A stretch of 64,000 bases of DNA, taken from Eukaryota sp. TZLM1-RC. Its lineage: Eukaryota; Protista; Metamonada: BaSk clade. Positions 34,785-47,335 of the stretch are shown piece by piece. The position numbers and the translations under genes are program-made. The stretch is taken from the NCBI GenBank assembly GCA_040285825.1, contig JAUPSS010000002.1:1984001-2048000 (forward strand), in the 5' to 3' direction. Below the pieces are notes generated by a model. It was not told the origin of the DNA. It worked only from the letters and a program-made list of their open reading frames with translations, and made no database searches. Every line of letters begins with the position of its first letter. The first letter of the stretch is position 1.

Positions 34785-36245
34785 TTAGACACGATTTTCC
34801 TCAACTTTTGGGGCAAACTGATCCACGTGATGTACAAAATCATTCATAAACATCTCATTCTCAATCTCTTCTGAGTACCAACAAATAAGTACTGTATCAA
34901 CGGCAACCATGACAAATCTACAGGCAATAGACATAATAAGATAAGCCATCGCCATAATAGCAAGTGAAACAGAAATACTGTCAATTTCCAGGATAAAGAA
35001 GGAGGTGATAACAGCAATGAGCATACCAATAACCTTTGCAATTAACATGACAATTCCTGACAATGTTTTGGTTAAAGCTACAGAGAAAGGACCCTCCCTT
35101 ATCATTCTCCATGCTTGCTTGGATGCACCAAAGAAGGAAGAACCATCTTTTGCAATGAATATGTAGGCATAGTTACTAATAAACTTAACCCCAGTTTCCA
35201 AACAAATAACACAACAATATACGATACAAAAGAAGAGCTGCACCTTTTCATTATCACTGTCAGTTTTCATATGTTTGAGAATACTAACCAAAAACTTAAT
35301 GATAGCAACTACAGCATTGACCAAGGAACAAATAGCAATGGACCCAATGGCATAAACAGCCCTAAAATAAGAAGCAAAACCACTGTGATCTTGTTGATAA
35401 AGATGGGAGGCCACAGAACCGGCTATCGTACATTGAACAAATCCATTGAAAAAGCAGCAAATCCAAATAAATAAGCCAGTGAAAATAAGCCAGCCAGTAA
35501 TGGCTCCTCTGCAGGGAAGCTCCTCATTGTAATCGCAGCTGCTAGTGAGGGACAAGATGTAGGGCGTTGATGATAGGTAAAACACAAGCATCAACATGTT
35601 CATAACAATGAAGCTGATACCCAAAAAGATCTAAGATGAGAAGTTCAAAAAAGAACAAACTGCCCCAGAACATTCAAGAAGGGAACGTGCACCCTGTTTA
35701 AACAAATCCACTGTGAATGAGATTTCGGATTGGTAAATACAGAGCATGATGAACAATATAATAAACAAGACAAAGCAAACAAATCCCAAGAAAAAAGGAA
35801 CACCTGACTGTTCGTCATCTGCAAAGTTGCCGATCAGTAAAAAACCGGCACACAACACAAGAATAAGGCCAACTCCTCCAAAGAGAGTTAAATGGACAAA
35901 AAGCTCAGATCGAAGTAATTGAATCCAGACAATTGCAAATAAGAGAACTATAAAGAAACATAACATGATCTCATTCTCGTGTAGAACCAATAAAGGAACA
36001 ATTCCACCTCCACCATCATCTAAAGTATTCACAAGTAGACTGGGTTCACCCGCGAGATAGCCCCATGAAGCCTGAGCAAGGAAGATAAATACACCAACAA
36101 GAAAGACAATTAAAAATGGGCGATCACGAAACGAACGTTCACTACGGGACACAACTCCAGTTTTTGAATTGGTCTCGATGGTTGAATAGAGAGGAGGAGT
36201 GGTCTCACCAATGATAGGATTCTGGTGAACAACGTCATCTGACAT
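34785..36245 (-). CDS. Choline transporter-like (CTL/SLC44) protein, two exons
   Basis: RSFRDRPFL, GSIAICSL, NYAYIFIAKDGSSF..ASK.AW, AVDTVLICW. A 30-nt GT-AG intron at 35631-35660 joins the two ORFs in frame. Confidence 0.85.
35631..35660 (-). other. 30-nt spliceosomal intron
   Basis: GTTTGT...CATCTTAG; removal gives SGA|IFLGIS. Confidence 0.8.
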
Positions 36246-36334
36246 CGGCTAATAGCACAAAAATGTCCACTAGTGGCAACCCGTTGAGATTACTGGGGGG
36301 TGGAGATGAAATGAATCAACTTGGAGAATAACCC

Positions 36335-36483
36335 ACATTTTGAGATCTTGTGCTCCTTCCATAGCATTAGATTTTTGTCGTTCATTTAATTCATTGAGAA
36401 CAGAATTTTTTGCTGATTTATTGGATGTAGAACCAGGAATGTTGAAAAGTCACTTATTTTCTTCAGCAAATTTGGGTGGTATT
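36335..36483 (+). mobile_element. Family F upstream part, interrupted
   Basis: ALDFCRSFNSLRTEFFADLL...HLFSSANLGGI continues at 38067 as GGIGFTKS. Confidence 0.8.
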
Positions 36484-38066
36484 AATTATTAATTTATTGA
36501 ATTTGCACACTTGATTAAATTAAATCATAACTAATGGGACGACTATCATTAAACCAAGATTTCCTCTACAAAATCTTGATTTGCTTGCTGTCTAGCTAAA
36601 GCTTCTCTAATTCGATTGAAAAACCGCGGTAATCTATTAATAATGGCAAATTGAATCCGTGAACGCCATAAAAAAATATCAAATCTTTTCATTGTTTTTT
36701 CTTTCACCATTTTTTGGAAGTCATCCAAAAAATTTCTGCTTCAACTGATAATCTTCCATTTATCGAAAATGGAAAAGCAATAAAAACCAGCTGTGTATTT
36801 CTATCGATATTTGCATTTTCAATTTCTTTATCATATTTTCTATGTTTTTCTTTTGCTTTAAAATCCAGAGCAGCCACAGGATTAAGTTTTCTTCTGTGAA
36901 CCAAAGTATCTTTTGCAACATTACATGAGACAAAGTCAACAATAGCTTCAGAATTATCAATCCAATCACAGTATACATCACCTCTATCATCAGAACCAAA
37001 ATTATTCAGAGAAAGTGTTTCTTTCAGCAGGGGCTCTTTGATACACGATATCCTTGCAGTTTGTGCCATATTGAAAACAGTGTCTCTAAAAGCATCATGT
37101 AATGAAGAACGATAAGTTATCAATTTAGAGCAATTTAGAGCATGGCGCAAAGTGAGTTGAGGTGAATTCGAACAAATACATTTTTCTTTTGATAATAATT
37201 GGTTAATGGGGATGTTCAAATATAATCTCATTTTTGTTACAAATGCTTCATTAGTAGCACACAATCCAAATCTTCGTGGTACAATGGTTACAAAAAGTGA
37301 AGAATCTGACACCTTGTTTTCACAAACACCCTTTTCCAATAACAATGAGTGAAGATCTTGATTTAAAACAACCGAGCTGCAAATATTATTATAAAGATCT
37401 TTTTCATACATTCCAGTCAATCTTTTCTGTAATGTTCGAAGAGTGTACTTCAAATTTAAAACATTTTTTTCTGAAATATTGCCATTGAATGATTGGGGAC
37501 AACATCGACCCCATTTTTCTACATCAATTCTTGAAATTTCTTCATTTAATGCAAAAACAGTGGAACTTTGCGTTGTCATCAATAAATCTTCCCAATCTGC
37601 AAATCTTTCGGAGAACTCAAAGATTGCATTTCTGCATCCACCAACAAAAGCACACGAGGTAAGAATAGAAGCCTTCGTCCACCCTAAACCACCATATTGT
37701 GGACTAAGGTAATCATGATCTGGAATTTGAAACATTTTACATCCCAGTAATTGAGACAGAACTTTTGCACGTAACTCATTAAACTTTTGAGCCAAAGGTC
37801 TAGTGACGAGAGGATTTGTAGATCGAAATATATGATTAAAATTGGAACTAAAACACAGTCTTATAATGGTAAATTTGATGTGTTTTTTTATATCTAAATT
37901 CATCATTCGGTCAATTTTGTCAGAAATTGAGTTCAACTTTTCAAACAATTTTTTGGTAATTTCATCATTATTTCCTAAAAACGAACCCAAATGACGAATA
38001 GCATCAATTGAATATAATTTGGCTTGAATTTCAATATCATCAATTATTGTGGAAACTGGAGAATTC
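36484..38066 (-). mobile_element. Family A copy 2, nested antisense in family F with 9-bp TSD
   Basis: Near-identical to copy 1; TSD GGTGGTATT at 36475-36483 and 38067-38075. Confidence 0.92.
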
Positions 38067-39235
38067 GGTGGTATTGGATTTACTAAATCTTCAATTTTGT
38101 GTCAATCAGCATTCTTGGGTGGTGGCAAAAATTTTATTTATGGATTTTCTCGTAGATTTCCTGATGATTCTCATCTGTTAGTTCCCAATTGCAGTACTTA
38201 TTTGTATGAGTTATCTTGTGAACTTGAAAAATTGCCGCCACAAATTTGGACCAAATGTTTTCCTCAATCAATTCAAGAAATTCCAAACCGATCTCTTTTT
38301 AATTTACAGTTTTGCTGTAAAAAGCTTCAACAAAAATTGTCAAAGATTTTTGAAAGCTTGGATTTTCATGTTAGACTTGGCTTGGCCAAGAAAAAGAATC
38401 CCGCTTTTGCAAATCTTTTACAAGATATGTGTGACAGTACTTCTTCTGCCTTAGTAACAACAATTCCTCAAGTTTATGGTACTCTCTTAACCGATTCTGC
38501 TTGGACTCTAAATATGAGATTTCGTTCCTTTATCTGGCCTGATAATTTACCTCATTATTTAATTTGTAAATGTTCTGGAGAAATTACAACTACTCATTTG
38601 TTAAATTGTAAACATTTTATTACTTTTAGAAGCAAGGTTCATGATGCTGTAAGAGACCAATTATATTGTATGTGTAAATCTCATAGAATTGAATCCTTCT
38701 TGGAACCTTTGTTGTCAAATCTGTTTGATGCTGAAAATGATTTTCATAAGAATAATAGAGGTGATGTCATATTACCTGGATTAGATGGAAGCTTCATTTT
38801 ATTGGATGTAATGTCTGTTGATCCTTGTAATGCCTCAAATGAAAGGCTTGTTAATTCTGAAATTCATAATCCCCTTTCAAATGCTGAAAATTTTAAATTC
38901 AAAAAATACAATGAACCATTGTCCAAATTGGCCAGTCTACAGCATGCAAAATACAATTTGTATCCATTTGTATTTTCCCTTTTTGGTTCACTTGCACCAA
39001 CTGCTTTTCGTTTTTTGGATGATTTTGAAATGATTGTAAAGAGAAGAACTGGCAGAAATTTCAACAAATTGTTTGGGCAAAATAGAATTGTGTTTTCTAT
39101 TTTTAAGGGGATGTTGAAGATGGTTTCTGATGCTTTGCTTTCTCTTGGATCTCACTATGAGAGAGTTGCATCTAGCGTTTTTGATCTGGGAGAGATGGAT
39201 TTTTTAGATGTTGATTTATAGGTTTTGAATAAAAA
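38067..39235 (+). mobile_element. Family F 3' part (open RLE ORF)
   Basis: CKCS..HLLNC, HDAVRD, RGDVILPG..LLDV, QNRIVFSIF, AATAAA after the stop. Confidence 0.9.
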
Positions 39236-39259
39236 TTTTTAGCAAAAAAACAAAAAAAA

Positions 39260-39670
39260 TCAACTTGATCTTTTCAAAACTTGAGGTCTTTCATTTCCTT
39301 TAAGATACTGATCCACAACATAAATCATCTGAACAACAGTATAACCATTGCAGTTCCATAGACATCCACACTTTTTGCAAGTGAGTTATCCTTGTCTAAG
39401 GACCGTTGAAGTTTTTGCTCTCCTATAAGGCCTAGCGCTAGGTACTGGATGTTTCTTTACATTTTCACCTTCTTTCCCCTCGATTACACTGATGTGACAT
39501 CTACAATTTGTTCTATATTCATCCAGTAGCAATAGACGGAAGTTACGTTTTTTAAACATCTTTCGATATCCAACATTCTTTGTTGGTGCTTGATGGTTAA
39601 AATTGGTTTGTTCCCAATCACCCATCACTACAATAATATTCTGGAACTCCAAATTTATTGTCAAATTTTC
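39260..39670 (-). pseudogene. Fanzor C-terminal remnant
   Basis: VMGDWEQ..APTK..G, LLDEYRTNCRC, G*LTCKKCGCLWN...GNERPQVLKR. Confidence 0.8.
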
Positions 39671-40134
39671 TAGGCACGTCTTTTATTTAAGGTGATACTC
39701 AGCTGTGTGTTATACTAGTTTGTGTATGTGGACAAAACAAGTGACAGTTTAAGTAAATCTAATTTGAAATCATGTTATGTTACAGGGTGGAGAAGAACTC
39801 TGCACACGTTACGTGTGACACGGATAACATAAGCCAAACATTTTAATTGCTTCAACAGCGATCCATTCTATACAAATTTTTACTCATATAATTGCTAAAG
39901 AATACAAGACAAAAGAAAAACTAAAAAAGTTGTGATCACGGAAACATATGGACTGGTCCTGGATTACATCCAAGCCTCCTTCATCATGAAAACAAAGAGG
40001 AATAAAGATCACAAGATCACATACAGTACACAGTGTTGATACGTGTTCCAAAGGGGTGTTTGCACTTTTCGTGATGTTGGATTTGCTTTTTTTCATTGGT
40101 CAACCATTTCCTAAATAAGCTATCAAAAAGGTAC

Positions 40135-40655
40135 ATGATGATTCCTTTGGTAAACGAAGGGCAGATTTAGTAGCTCCAGGGATCGATGGTGTTCTCAATG
40201 TTGTAGATGTTGTCTCAGTTGATGTTTGCAAAAATTCTGCTGCTCGTTTAGTGTATTCCGCTGATTCGCCGTTATCTAACGCCGAAAAAAAGAAGATAAA
40301 AAATATGAAGAACCTTTGGCACAGTTAGGTAGAGTGGAACATGTGAAATATCAGTTTGTGCCGTTTGCAATTTCTCTTTTTGGCAATATTGGACCTTCAG
40401 GGTTGCACTTTTTTGAAAATTTTAAAAAAGTGTTACTGAATAGGTCTGGTAAAACAATGAACTCCACTTTCTGGTTAAATAGAATTGTTTTTTGCATTTT
40501 CAAGTCTATTCCAACAATGATTTCAAAGGCACTTTTAGCTATTGGTGTAGAATATGAACGTAATGCTGTGAGTAGGTTCAGTAATAGTGACGCTTGTTTG
40601 GAGGATATTGAATTCTAGATAGATTTTTTTTATCTCAATAAATATTCCAGTTATA
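40135..40655 (+). mobile_element. Family E 3' portion
   Basis: Near-identical to 23797-24315. Confidence 0.88.
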
Positions 40656-40879
40656 TAAAAAAAGGGTACCAAAAATAGAAATACAGTGACTTTAGATTTG
40701 GTTTATTGAAATATGACAAACTAGTCACCTGTTGGAGCAAACTTTCTTGATCAAGTTAATCTAAACATAAGTAAATAAAGAAAAATATGTAAATTGAAAA
40801 AAAACTGAATAAATTAAAAAAAAATAAAATCAATAGAGTACATAGTTGAAAAACGACCAGTTACCAATCACAATATCAC

Positions 40880-41869
40880 CTAATTGCAATACCAACAAAA
40901 CCATTTAATACTATCATCAGCAAATTTAATAATCAATAAAGAAGTCCCATTTCGTCTTCCATCATGATCTTCAAATCCATTAACTCTTGGAGAAAAAGGA
41001 GTTCCAGAAAAAGAAACAGTTAAAAAATGGTGACCATCAGTTTCTTTGAGTTGATTGATTAACGACTCAATCACCAAGCAAGTAAACTTGCAATCATAAA
41101 GACCATCGATTATATTGGTGAATAAAGGAGCAGAAATGGTATCAAATTCAAAAGGAAACTGATCACAATTGATTGAGTGATTGATTAAACCAATCCATTC
41201 CAATAAATCACCAGAAATGTCGTCAAAATCTTGGATTCTTAAAAAATCTGGAATCGAAAAGGAATGCTTTTTGACGTTCCAACCAGAATTTGATTGGCTG
41301 AGCACGTCAACATTCGGTGGTAAATGCAACTCTGTCCCATCAGATGTTGTTAACGTTAAATTAATTTTAGGTAAACGAACAAGGCTATTGATAATATTTA
41401 AATAATGGTTGGAATAAGTAGAGATTTGTGAAAAATCCAATTGAGAAATGTAATCACCATCTTTTGTCAGACTTTTCCTTATCGGAATACCTATGGAGAA
41501 GGCTGTGGTGCGTGATAAAGATAGAAAGACAGTGTGGTTTACAATGGCAACAGAAAGGTCACCAGAAGGAGAAAGTTCAGGAGAGTGTGCTAGCAGAAGG
41601 CCATTTGAGAGGTACTTATCTATAAAGGCAGGAACAAGAAGATGTGATAGGCAACAGCCAATGGTGACAGATGAAGATTGAGGTAACGTTTGTGTTTGAA
41701 ATTCAAAAGATGAATGAACAATGAGGTTGGTTGTGAAGAATTGAGATGAAAGAACCTGAAAGACATCCCCAATGTTGCTATCGCTGCCTGATCGAGTCCA
41801 TATTCTATGAGGATGCATAAAAGACTCTGTGATATACCAATTTTTATAACCAATTTTCACCATTTTCAT
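40880..41869 (-). CDS. RPP40: RNase P/MRP subunit p40-like; 5' exon structure uncertain
   Basis: LSLSRTTAFSIGI, LLEWIGLI and LTVSFSGTPFS motifs resemble Rpp40. Confidence 0.55.
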   Translation of the reverse strand: MKMVKIGYKNWYITESFMHPHRIWTRSGSDSNIGDVFQVLSSQFFTTNLIVHSSFEFQTQTLPQSSSVTIGCCLSHLLVPAFIDKYLSNGLLLAHSPELSPSGDLSVAIVNHTVFLSLSRTTAFSIGIPIRKSLTKDGDYISQLDFSQISTYSNHYLNIINSLVRLPKINLTLTTSDGTELHLPPNVDVLSQSNSGWNVKKHSFSIPDFLRIQDFDDISGDLLEWIGLINHSINCDQFPFEFDTISAPLFTNIIDGLYDCKFTCLVIESLINQLKETDGHHFLTVSFSGTPFSPRVNGFEDHDGRRNGTSLLIIKFADDSIKWFCWYCN

Positions 41870-42050
41870 AGTTGAAGATTACACTCAAACCCATTTTGTC
41901 ATGACAAAAAGCTGTGAAACAGTGTGCATTGAGTGTTCACTCCTGGCCAATTATTGTTTCTTCATTTATAATAATCTTTATTGAATGAATTTATAATTAA
42001 AGGCAAAACAGATGTATTAGAATAATAATCATAAATGACATCATAGAAGT

Positions 42051-42200
42051 CTACGTTGTTTCGTTGTGGGAGATGGTTCTCCAACAAAACGATTTTTTGG
42101 GATTCAAGAACAGACCAATATATTCATATTGTGAAGCAATTTCAATTGAAGCTTTATGGACAATATCAAAAGGACCAATAAGGGAGATATCTAGCATATT
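42051..42200 (-). mobile_element. Small RT fragment
   Basis: LDISLIG...YEYIGLFLNPKK, the region just after the YxDD motif. Confidence 0.55.
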
Positions 42201-42470
42201 GCCATGTTGAAAGCTCAATGTGTTTAAAGAATAGTATCTATGTAAAGTTAAGGTGATTCCTGTCAATTACAAATTCTGAGTAATCAAAGGTTGATGATTT
42301 ATTTAAAATTTAATGTTTAATTAATAACAATCAAAGAAAACAAATTGTTCAAAAAAACTGTCAACATAGTCTCTGAAACTAAAGAATGTATGCCTAGTGA
42401 GGTGTTGAGTAGCTAAAATGACAGGTACCAAACTCTCTACAGTTTAAATATTTGAATGGTCCTTGAAAAC

Positions 42471-43701
42471 TCAACTATATATATAATAAAACTCTTCTTT
42501 TTCCTTTTCATTCTCGAAAACAGGATAAAAATCAGTCTCAAAAATATCAGAAAAACCTTCACGATCATGTGGAGTATCAAACCTAGAGAACCAAGTGTGA
42601 ATAGCAACGGGAGGTACTGTCCTTTCTCCTCTACACTTTCTTAAGGAGTTCAAGTGAAAGTTGAGCTTCTTGTTTGTTTTAAAAATGAGAGCCTTAATGG
42701 TAATACCTCTTTCCTTGGCGAGTTCTAGAAAAGGGCGACGTGAATCATAAGTAGGGTTTGTGGAATCAATGACCACGCTTTTGCCTTGATCTAGAATAGA
42801 ATTGGTCTTTGTCAAAACAGCCTTGGATGTGCCCAATACGTCACGACAAACAGAGCGATATCCAGCCGGTAAAAAGTACCTAGCAATAATAGAACTTTTG
42901 CCTATAATTAGTGGAAAAGCAAGGAATACCAGATGCCGGAGAACCAATCAAAACTATCATATTCTGACGTTCAGCGTCTATAACTCCAGATAGATCATAT
43001 TCGTAATTCTCTTCCTTGTCCCAATGATCAGCTGGGTTAAAACCAAATTCAAAAGGCTCCTCTTCTGGTTGATCAAGAAAGAACTGCTCGGGGGTAAGAA
43101 ACTTCCCAAAACTAATGTTGCAGGCAAAAGCCCTATCACTAGCAGAAAAGTCTTTTCTTCTGTTTTTGTTAGCTATTCTGCCTGCTGCATCCCCACAATA
43201 GAAAGATTGTGATTTGTCTGGTAGAATACAATTATCACAGTAAAATTGAAACATCCCAGTACATGGTTTTCGAAAACTATCAGATTCTAATGCACAAAAA
43301 GCAGCAATTGGAAGACCAATGGTTGATGTAAATTGATCCATTCGCTGGCTTAGATCTGATTTCGATAGTTTTCCTGATGAAACTCCTTGTTGGTTTGAAA
43401 AAATACAAATGGTATACCCATCTGTTGAAAGTTGTTGCAATTTGGCCGTAACAGACGAAGAAAATAGCTTCCAATCAGACGGATCAGTAGGAAACTTACG
43501 GCCTGAAGCAGTCTTGACTAGAGTACCATCAAAATCAAAGGCTGCAAGTTTTTTTGTGGGTGTGAAATTATCTGGAATATGATAGAAAACTGACTCATGC
43601 TGAAGCCATGTGGATCTTTGGGTTCTCGGCTTCTTGGCCAAGAGGGAAGGACCAGCAAGATTAAGCTTGGTTTGAACAAGAGAACGTTTACGAGACGACA
43701 T
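42471..43701 (-). CDS. PNKP: Polynucleotide kinase 3'-phosphatase, two exons
   Basis: HAD motifs AAFDFDGTL, SNQ, RKP, GDAAGR. Removing the 28-nt intron at 42902-42929 restores Walker A GSPASGKS; VVIDSTN kinase motif. Confidence 0.92.
42902..42929 (-). other. 28-nt spliceosomal intron
   Basis: GTATTC...CACTAATTATAG with a CTAAT branch-like motif. Confidence 0.85.
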
Positions 43702-43784
43702 GAGCTGAAATCACAATGAAGCCACTGTTATTGACTACTGTTATTGACTTGTTGATTAAGGTTAAGCCTGGTTTACTGATTGGC

Positions 43785-43881
43785 TACTGAGAATTTCACA
43801 CAAAGTGAATATTGAATAAATATCCCTAATAATTGTGTAAACTTCTCAGCACCAAGGGTTAGTATACACTAAACACCTTGG
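43785..43881 (-). ncRNA. Candidate Fanzor omega-RNA scaffold
   Basis: Immediately 3' of the Fanzor stop: hairpin CCAAGG/CCUUGG (43852-43881) and long hairpin CUGAGAAGUUUACACAA / UUGUGUGAAAUUCUCAG (43787-43849) with inner GGAUAUU/AAUAUUC. Confidence 0.55.
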
Positions 43882-43901
43882 AAATACGTTGATTAAAACA
43901 G

Positions 43902-45769
43902 CTACTGCTGTCTCCTTAGACGTCTCACACGCCTTGGCCTTCTGAATGGTTCTGGCCTAGTACCAGTGAAATACTCACTAATTGCAATCTCCAGCTGGTT
44001 TCTGGAGGCTGAGATGTCTCTAGACCAGTTGGTCTGACATCGAGGGCAATCGAACTTAGCGTTATTTACCCTTCCGCCATCATGATAGATCTTTCTATGA
44101 AAGACCTTACAGCAATTCACTTTTGCTGAGGTCATAAACTCGTCCCCGACTTTGACGCTTCCAAAGTGTTTTTTGATTTGTTTGAGAAATCTCTTTCGGG
44201 GGGATTTCACAGATTGACGAGATGGACCACCACCGCCATTGCCGAACCAAACTATAGTGTTTCTTCCTTCAGATAAGCGTTTAATTTTGTTAATAAAAGT
44301 AGTTAGTCTCTTTTGTCTTCGTATGAAGAAATCAAACTTATTTCTTCTCAGCTTTTTTCTTGCACCACGCTGCAAATTTCCAGACATAATTGAAGCATAT
44401 TCAGGCTCTTCCTCAGATTCAGGAACATAAGGTAAACTTATTTCAATCAGATACTCTTGGAAGCTCTGAGCGGAATAAGTGTTAGGAGTTGCTTGAGTGA
44501 GAGGAGGAGGGTGATTTAGTCTTCGTTCTTTTGGATTCAGTAGCAGTCCAGAACGTTCAAAAACAGTAGCAGAATTTCGGAAAGAACCAGCAGTCCAACC
44601 ACAAAGATTGCTGTGGTTGGGATCAATGGCTACAAAAACAAATTTTCATCAGGATCTCTGTAATTGGGCTGTTGTTCCACTGGTAACCGCGGTCTTCTCT
44701 GTGGATTTGCTGTTCTATGGACATTGGATTTTCGTTTCCTTTCAGAGTTATGAAAATCATAATTTCCAGAGGCTCGCCTGGGCTCAAATTCCGCTTTATT
44801 TGGCCTATTATAAGTTTTTCTTTCCTTCTGGGTAAACGTAAACCGCAAGGAATCACCATTCGAAAAAATGGTATAGTTAATAAATTTCGATTTATTAAAA
44901 AACCGATAAGGGTTGTTCAGAAGCTCTTTGTTTGCATTTAGTTTTGTGAAATAAGCTTCTGCTTCTTTAGTCAAGCTGCAGAAGCATCGAGACCAACTGG
45001 ACAGTGGAGAAAGAGAGTGCCTTTTCATCACATCAGGGCAGTTATCTTCTAAAAAAGATAAAATGTTCAAGCCAGGTTGAACGATTGTTGCAGCAGACTC
45101 CATATTGATGGGAAACCGTTCGTTTCTTATTGAATTTTCGAACAAATTTTGACCGCCACCAATATAGGCGTTGGCTGTCATATTGAGCCAATGGACCAAG
45201 ATATGCTGGTGTATTTCTTGATACCATTGTAAAATTGACTCATCTGGCGGAATCCCTTGAAGTACACAGTCGGCGTATTTCTTGGGCCAGGGGCAATTTA
45301 GAAACTGAGCACAGCTTTTGAAAAAATTGCGTTTCCAGACGACAGGGCCGTCAGCAAGCAACTGACAAAAAGCTTCTCGCAGTTGGATGGCTCGACTGCC
45401 AAGAACAGTGGAAGGACACCAAAATCTACCACCGTCGGCTGAGGTGGTTTCATTCAGCGGTCGCCAGGGCCAACAGTGCTGAACAAGGTGTTGTAGCGCT
45501 TGGTAAACCAAAGGCTGGTTTTCAAATGGCCTCCTTTGTTTAGGCTCACTTTGACAAACAAAGTCGAAACAGAGGCTCCAGAACTGGCTTTGAGTAAGCC
45601 ACATAGAGTGTTCTGGGTATTGGAGCACAAAGAGTCGTGCTAGGTGAGTAGCATGAGCTCCAATACTAGCAAGAACTTGGAACTGGCGTTCCATTGCTTC
45701 TTGTGGCTCTGAGTCGAAGAACTGGTTGACAGACGCTCCCACAGTTGTAGTTTGTAGAACGTTATCCAT
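43902..45769 (-). CDS. Fanzor (TnpB-like RuvC nuclease), ~622 aa if one homopolymer frameshift is corrected
   Basis: An A5>A6 change at 44634-44638 joins the two ORFs: TIFSNGDS (TDG-like), VAIDPN (D 44622-44624), VWFGNG, GDEFMTS (E 44139-44141), CC..CPRC, WSRDISASRN (D 44016-44018), GTRPEPFRR. Confidence 0.8.
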
Positions 45770-46145
45770 GGCAGTCAACACAGAACGGAAACAGTCAGAA
45801 ATGATTGAAAATTTGTTTCCTAAAATTGAAAATTTGTTGAAGTCAATCAATCTTATAGTTGTCAATTCAAAGTAAAGTTAGTTACAAGTGTTTATTAATG
45901 AGACATATCGTTCAAGATTACTTTCTGAATATTTTCCTTTCTTCAGACAAGAACTACATGTTACAAAAGTTGGTGAGTGGAGTTTGGTTGGGTTGTCATC
46001 ATTGCCCAGATTCGTAATTGAATTTCATTTCATCACTTACAACATTTCATCACTTACTCTACTACGAACCTTCTCCTACGAATCCTTGCTTGCAGCTACT
46101 ACCACTCTTTATGTCGGAAATTGAGAATCACTTTTATTTTAAGTA

Positions 46146-46787
46146 ATGTGTTTTTTTCTTCCTTCCTCTATGGAATATAACCATGAATACAAGATTGATT
46201 CTGGAATCAAATCAAATATAAAAGTCTCTACTATGCAGGGGCACTTATTTCGTAGAATGATCAACACAGAGCTGTTACTACTTTGTCATAGGTCCCTTCC
46301 CTCAAGTTCTTTTGTGGCTGCCTGGACTTCATATGAATCAGTCTGGCTGTCTTCCCTCTCTTCTATTCCTGATGTTCCACACCTTGTATTAAAGCTACAG
46401 AAGAGTCTACTTCCTGCATGTTTTCATCCTCAGTTCCAAAACTTTTCCAAACACTGGTTTTCACTACTCAACACTGATTGTGACTTATCCCATGCTTCGG
46501 CAATAGTAATCCTCCTGTGCTCAATTAAACCATCATTCATCACCCCATCATAGAATCATGATCGGCAACTAATTGTCTCCCTTTTGTACAAACTAACAAC
46601 CTCAACCCTGCCCCACCCTTTCCTTCTTTCTCTTTATCAACGTCTCTCTACCCTCGTCACTTGCTTCCGTCCTTTTTCTGACCCCCCTCCCCTACTGTCT
46701 CAAAATCTATTGCTGAATGGTGATCGAATACTGGATTTATTTCGAACCTTTGCCAGGGACTCTAAGTCTTCTACTGCATTCATATGA
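46146..46787 (+). pseudogene. Unknown helical ORF with an in-frame TAG
   Basis: ORFs 46146-46553 and 46584-46787 are in the same frame, separated by one stop. Confidence 0.35.
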
Positions 46788-46803
46788 TCTGGTTTACAAG
46801 ATC

Positions 46804-46902
46804 TGGTTTATGGTTGGTTTATGGTTGTTTTATGGTTTTATGGTTGTTTTGTGGTTGTTTTATGGTTTTATGGTTGGTTTATGGTTGTTTTATGGTTTTA
46901 TG
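46804..46902 (+). repeat. Degenerate (TTTTATGG/TTG)n simple repeat
   Basis: Repeated TTTATGGTTG / TTTTATGG units. Confidence 0.85.
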
Positions 46903-47335
46903 TTTTCTCACCTCTACTTCAATCAGTCACAATGACGTCATAACATCATCTCCATTCATACTGTAATATGTCACAGACCACATGTTTAAGCTGTGTATAT
47001 TTTTTTCAATTTTTTTTATTGAAAACCTATAAATCAACATCTAAAAAATCCATCTCTTCCAAAACAAAAACACTAGCTCCAACTTTCTCATAGTCAGATC
47101 CAAAAGAAAGCAAAGCACCAGAATTGATGTGGCGAGGAGAAAGAGACATAACAAAAGGTTGGGCAATAGGATTATATCCACAATAGCATATTGTTTGGGG
47201 CATATTGTTTGGGGGAGTTTTGGGGGAGTTTTGGAAGTTGCCATTTAACTAAAACTTTTACCTACTCAAATCCCATCAATTGAATGACGGGAGATTTTCG
47301 CTATTCACTTGGATAGCAACTTGCTTGTTCTAAAA

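Noticed and set aside
38049-38066. METGEF start of the 390 aa ORF
   Set aside because: It is antisense sequence of the nested family A copy; the real reading frame continues from 36483.
3535-39221. Bacterial retron, group II intron or DGR reverse transcriptases
   Set aside because: The RT is followed by a CCHC knuckle and RLE motif, with 5' truncation and TSDs, as in non-LTR retrotransposons.
46717-46966. Hydrophobic repeat ORFs, or a telomeric array
   Set aside because: The ORFs are translations of a simple repeat, which is short, internal and irregular, so not a convincing telomere.
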